Origin: Podarcis gaigeae
Taxonomy: Eukaryota
Length of the DNA stretch: 64,000 nt
Assembly (NCBI GenBank): GCA_964106915.2
Contig: OZ066918.1
Strand: one strand, 5' to 3'
The position numbers and the translations under genes are program-made. Shown in pieces: positions 59,647 to 64,000 of this stretch. The notes below the pieces were generated by a model. It saw nothing but the letters and a program-made list of their open reading frames with translations. It did not search any database and was not told the origin of the DNA. Numbering within the stretch: position 1 is the first letter of the stretch; every line of letters begins with the position of its first letter.

Positions 59647-61709
59647 GATTATTGTGTAGGAAATGCTGCCTTGTTTTTAGGCGGGACAGTTTTGGTTCCA
59701 GGTTGTTAGGTACTCAGCCATCGCAGTTCACCGTGATGCCTTTTCTAAAAGGGTCAGTTTCTTTTTCCTGTATCAACAGTTGTAGTTTCAGGGAGGGGAT
59801 CGAGGGGGGGAGCTGTTACAGGATACATTGGAGATGGGTCTGATGAACTAAGATTAAGGGGGCACTATGTATGATTAGCATGTTCTTAATATCAGAATGA
59901 AGTTTATCACAGGTGCACCACCTGACCCCTCACAGGAAGGGACATGTTTAACATGTTTTGCTGAAAGAAAAATGGCCTCTGCACAACCACATGCATACCA
60001 GCTTCCCAACCTATTCGTTCACAGCATCAAAGAAGCAGGCTTTGAGCAAAGTTTCAGCCTTGGGGCCTGTAAGAATTGTAGAGTGTAATTTACTCTGTTA
60101 GGGGTGGCAAAGAGGGAAAGTATGACTCTCCAGAGAGGGAGTTTTACCCCAGAGGTGTCTTGAAACAGAATAAATCAAATAAGCTGTGACATTTTTTAGA
60201 ACTTATTCTGCTGTGTGTGGGTTTTTTCCAGCTGAGAAAAGTCTAGCAAAAGGGTGTATGAAATGCCCAGGGGTAAGAATTTGCTGTATATAATCCACCA
60301 TTTTGAAAAATCCCCTAGCTGCGTGCATGATAACAAAACACTTAAACATAGGGTGATTCTTATGCTTTGTCACAGCCAGCTCTCCAGGCAGGTAAAGACG
60401 GGGCGCTGAGGCCCATGAAGGAGAATTCAAGCAAATCATCTCCACCCATGCCCCCTAGCACCATCAAGTGATAAAGTGCTTGTTGGACTCTGCCCATGAG
60501 TGTACATTGGATAGCAAGGCGCAGCGAAGCTACATGTTTGTCACATTCATGCTTTGGTTTATTTATTTAATACCATTTTATATCTTCATAGTATCACAGT
60601 GAAGTTTAACACAACAAATACATTAAGGCAGAAACAAGTGCAGATTCATGAAGCACTAAAAACTCAGCCATATGTGACCTTCGATGAGTTGACACCTCTC
60701 AGCTGAATGTGCCTCACTGGGATGGATGTTGTGAGGATAAAATGGGGAGGCCACTTAGGGCTCCTTAGAGAGAAGGTGCAATATAAAACATATAAGTAAA
60801 TACATAAATAAAAATGTACTTGTGAAAAGGCTACTTTTCATTTCAATTGACTGAGTGCTGCCTTTTTGCTTCATAAACAGAAATGTTTATGAAGTTACAT
60901 TTTACTAGATTTACTCAAGAAGAAAATTCTGCAGTAGCTAAACTTTAAAAAGGAAAAGCAGCCCTCTTTTGTCACAAGCTTATCCCCCCCCCCCCGAGAC
61001 CCTCTTACCTATTACATACCCTGAGGAGAATTCTGAGTTCCTCTAAAACTTTGCAGCTTCATTTGCTTTAATTCCCTCAGATGAGCACACATGAGAAGAT
61101 ATATCTGTTGTGTTGTCAAAATAGGTTTTATGGGAAAGAATAGGGTAAGCAATAACAAGACAGTAACCCATCAGCAATCTATGCTGATCAATGTAGCCCA
61201 AAGCCAACCCCTGCCCACTGCAGAAAAATAAAATAAAAAATCATTGTGCTGGCTAAGGCAGGACCTTCAACTTATCTCATGATTTGGGCAGGCCAGCAAG
61301 TGACAACAGTTCATTGCTCTTTGGGTCACTGCTGGGCTCATTTCATGGGACTTGTGCATGAAAATACCAATAATGTTTAATTAACTTTGCTTCATATCTC
61401 ATTCTTTGCACACAGTTAAGCTACAGAGAGAAACTTGTCTTTCTCCTCTCTGTGATCATATAAAATCTTAAGCACGTCATGTAAATGAGCAAAGGTTCCT
61501 GTCCAGCTGGTTGGGGAAATGGCGAGGATCCAAGAAGGCCTGCAAGGAGTGATAAAAGAAACTGATTGCAGCCGTCAAATGCAATGCTGTTCATCTTTCC
61601 TGCTGGCCCATCAAACAGTAAGTATCCTTTCTGAAAGAAAAGATAAACACAGAATGCCCATATTTTTCCTTTCCCTAAATAGACTTTTGCATGGGCTCAC
61701 AGGAAGGCG

Positions 61710-61711
<2 letters not shown>

Positions 61712-61737
<26 letters not shown>
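61712..61737. repeat. (CA)n microsatellite
   Basis: Direct reading. Confidence 0.95.
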
Positions 61738-61740
<3 letters not shown>

Positions 61741-64000
61741 CCTGGTATCCTGGCATGTGTTGTTGTTTGAAGATCCCCAAATGCAGAGGCTTTTTTCCCC
61801 TCCTTGAGCAAAGGCAGCTGGTGAACTATAGGAAAAATATTAAAACTTTTCACAGAAAGGGCTTAATCCACAATCTGAAATTCACAGAAGCATTAAGTCA
61901 TTATTCAAATGAAAAGCTGCATTTGCCCATTAACATATTTTCATCAACCAAAAAGCAAGATGCTGATACGAGGGATGATCTATGCATTCCTATTTATATG
62001 GTAATTGACTGGTTAGGGAGTTTTCTCTGTTATTTTCCTAGGATGTGCTACGTGTCAATTAAAACAATGTTTTTAGCTACCGTTCTAATGAAACAAGACA
62101 TAGTTAAGAAACCATTTCTTATGTGTAACCACTGATGGAGAAGTGGGGGACATCTAAAGTCAAGCATTTTGTGCAACCTTCATAACTATCAGCTTTTGAC
62201 TTAACTATGAAGGAAAATGGCTAATTATTATTTTTGCCTGGTCAATGTTTTCTGCCTGTCAAATTTGCTGTAAATAAGCATAAGAACATTGCCTCCCCTC
62301 CAGTGCATTTACATACTGAGAACATCTATTTCTTTGAGAACCCCCCCCCCACCAACTCCCCCCTCCCACAAAAACAAACAACCCCCCCTCATATCCAAGA
62401 TGTAATAGTTCAGTGGCTTGAGTTCTTTTGCTGTTGTCAATCAGGCTTCATTTCAAGAGGGGAAACATCTTTTGAGAACAGATTTGCAAGTGAAATTCCA
62501 TCATGTTCAAAGCTTTGCTTCAATTCATCATCATGCAAGAGATGAAACATGGCATCCAACATTAATTAAAGTGGGCACATTTTATCAGTGTCATACTACT
62601 GAGGGATGTGGCTCAAGCATGACCAGGAGTGATGCGTGGCACAGGGCAAGGAGGAGCCCTGGATGCTGCCTCCGAGTGCCCATCCAGGAGTTATTCAGAA
62701 AAGAAAGGGGTGGGGCACATATCAGGCACATATCGTCTTCCATAACTTCTCTGCTCTTGGAAACCACAGTCTTTTCCTCCTCTTTGCTTCATATGTGGGT
62801 ACATGTTTCTCTCCTATTCTGCATGTATTTTTTTCTAAATAAATAGATTCTACAATAAAACACTACATGCTTCTAGAACACTCTTCACCTATGGAAATTA
62901 GAATTAAGTTCTTTTAACTTCACTTAAATAAACAAGACAGAATTATATTATAACTTCTTGTAATGTGGATGAGGTTTCCTATAGTTCATGCTGAAATATG
63001 TGCTTAATATGTGAGCCCCAAAGCAGACTAGAAACCCCACTCAATTCTTTGTCTGTCACCTTGCAACAATAAATGAAGCACTCCACTTCTAAGTGGAAAG
63101 GTACTGGTACATGTTTTTAATAAAAACCATCACCATTTAAACTTAAAGTACTGATCAATTACATTTCTTGCTGCATTGCCACATATCCAAAACATTATGG
63201 CCTGATTTCCATATGCATGCATATCACTTAATATGGGCAAGATGAGGCCATACAAAAGTTCTGTCTGTGATGTAATATCTATGACAGCCCATTCATATGT
63301 GCAGATCATCATCATAAATGCTGCAGTCATCCAAATATGACCAGCTGTGAGCTATATAGGCCTTGCTATAATGCTACAGCGACCAATCATTTTAAGAGTC
63401 ACAGCATTTATCTTCCCATGCAATGTAAACAATTCTAGTCACTTCCAGCGCAGGCAGTGTTTTGATAGACACAGAAATTTAACCCCAAGAGTTAGGTTAA
63501 GGTTTATGCTGTTTTGATATGCATTCTGTCAAATTCCAAGGTGTAGTTGGAAACCAAAATTACTTTAAGTGCTGCTTATTGAGTTTAAACACTGTTCTGT
63601 AGACTGTTTTTTTTTTTTTTACTATCCTCATTGCAGCGATGAATGCTGAACAGAAAAACTGACAAGCAGATGAAAAGACTAACAGAACCTAGGAGTCAGT
63701 GAAAGCAAGCTGGTAATTGATGGTCTGATTGATATACACTTGAGTAGTCCAGGCTGTTAATAGGAACTGCAATCACAACAAATTGGCTTTGTGACCAGCC
63801 AAAAATAATCTGCTGGTCTCAGCAAAGCAAGCTCATTGAATTTCCCTCCACACGCCTAGGAACTCGTGCCAAACACAAGTATACATACCAAGAATTGTGG
63901 GTGGTTGTTAAAGAAAGTGCAGAGCTGCAAATCTCGCACACTTATGAGGAAATTATGCCTTTCGCTAAGGTTGTCACCTTTTGTTTCTGGCAGGTTTAGT

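Noticed and set aside
58760-59843. Long overlapping ORFs (206, 144, 237 and 150 aa)
   Set aside because: Low-complexity R/P/G/A translations caused by the scarcity of stop codons in the CpG island; no domain similarity.
60000-64000. PRR5 3' end expected from mammalian synteny
   Set aside because: No PRR5 coding sequence could be recognised; it may be UTR or intergenic DNA but cannot be supported.

Overview
Eukaryotic (vertebrate) genomic DNA, almost certainly from a squamate and probably a lacertid lizard, judged by Sauria/Squam1 and Squam3 SINEs and CR1, L2, RTE-X, RTE-BovB and L1 fragments. One host gene is present, ARHGAP8 (BCH/CRAL-TRIO + RhoGAP), on the minus strand. It has a CpG-island promoter and probable non-coding exon 1 near 59.2 kb, and 12 coding exons from 48262 to 16807 with GT-AG boundaries read by eye. 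All exon phases are consistent except exon 11, where an 11-nt tandem duplication shifts the frame unless a +4 cryptic donor is used. Intron 7 holds a full-length Buster/Charlie hAT transposon (15-bp TIRs, 8-bp TSD, uninterrupted 626-aa DDE transposase). The most interesting pattern is that hAT elements here appear to carry cargo. Two non-autonomous copies with the same termini hold unrelated interiors: one a CpG-island-like segment with an Ets+CArG+GC-box module, the other a piece of a satellite-bearing Tc2-like MITE. The autonomous Buster element also has a CpG-island-like segment with E2F and NRF1 motifs upstream of its transposase. Together these suggest Pack-MULE-like promoter capture by lizard hAT elements (inference, untested). 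Repeat family names come from recalled consensus features, not from a database search.
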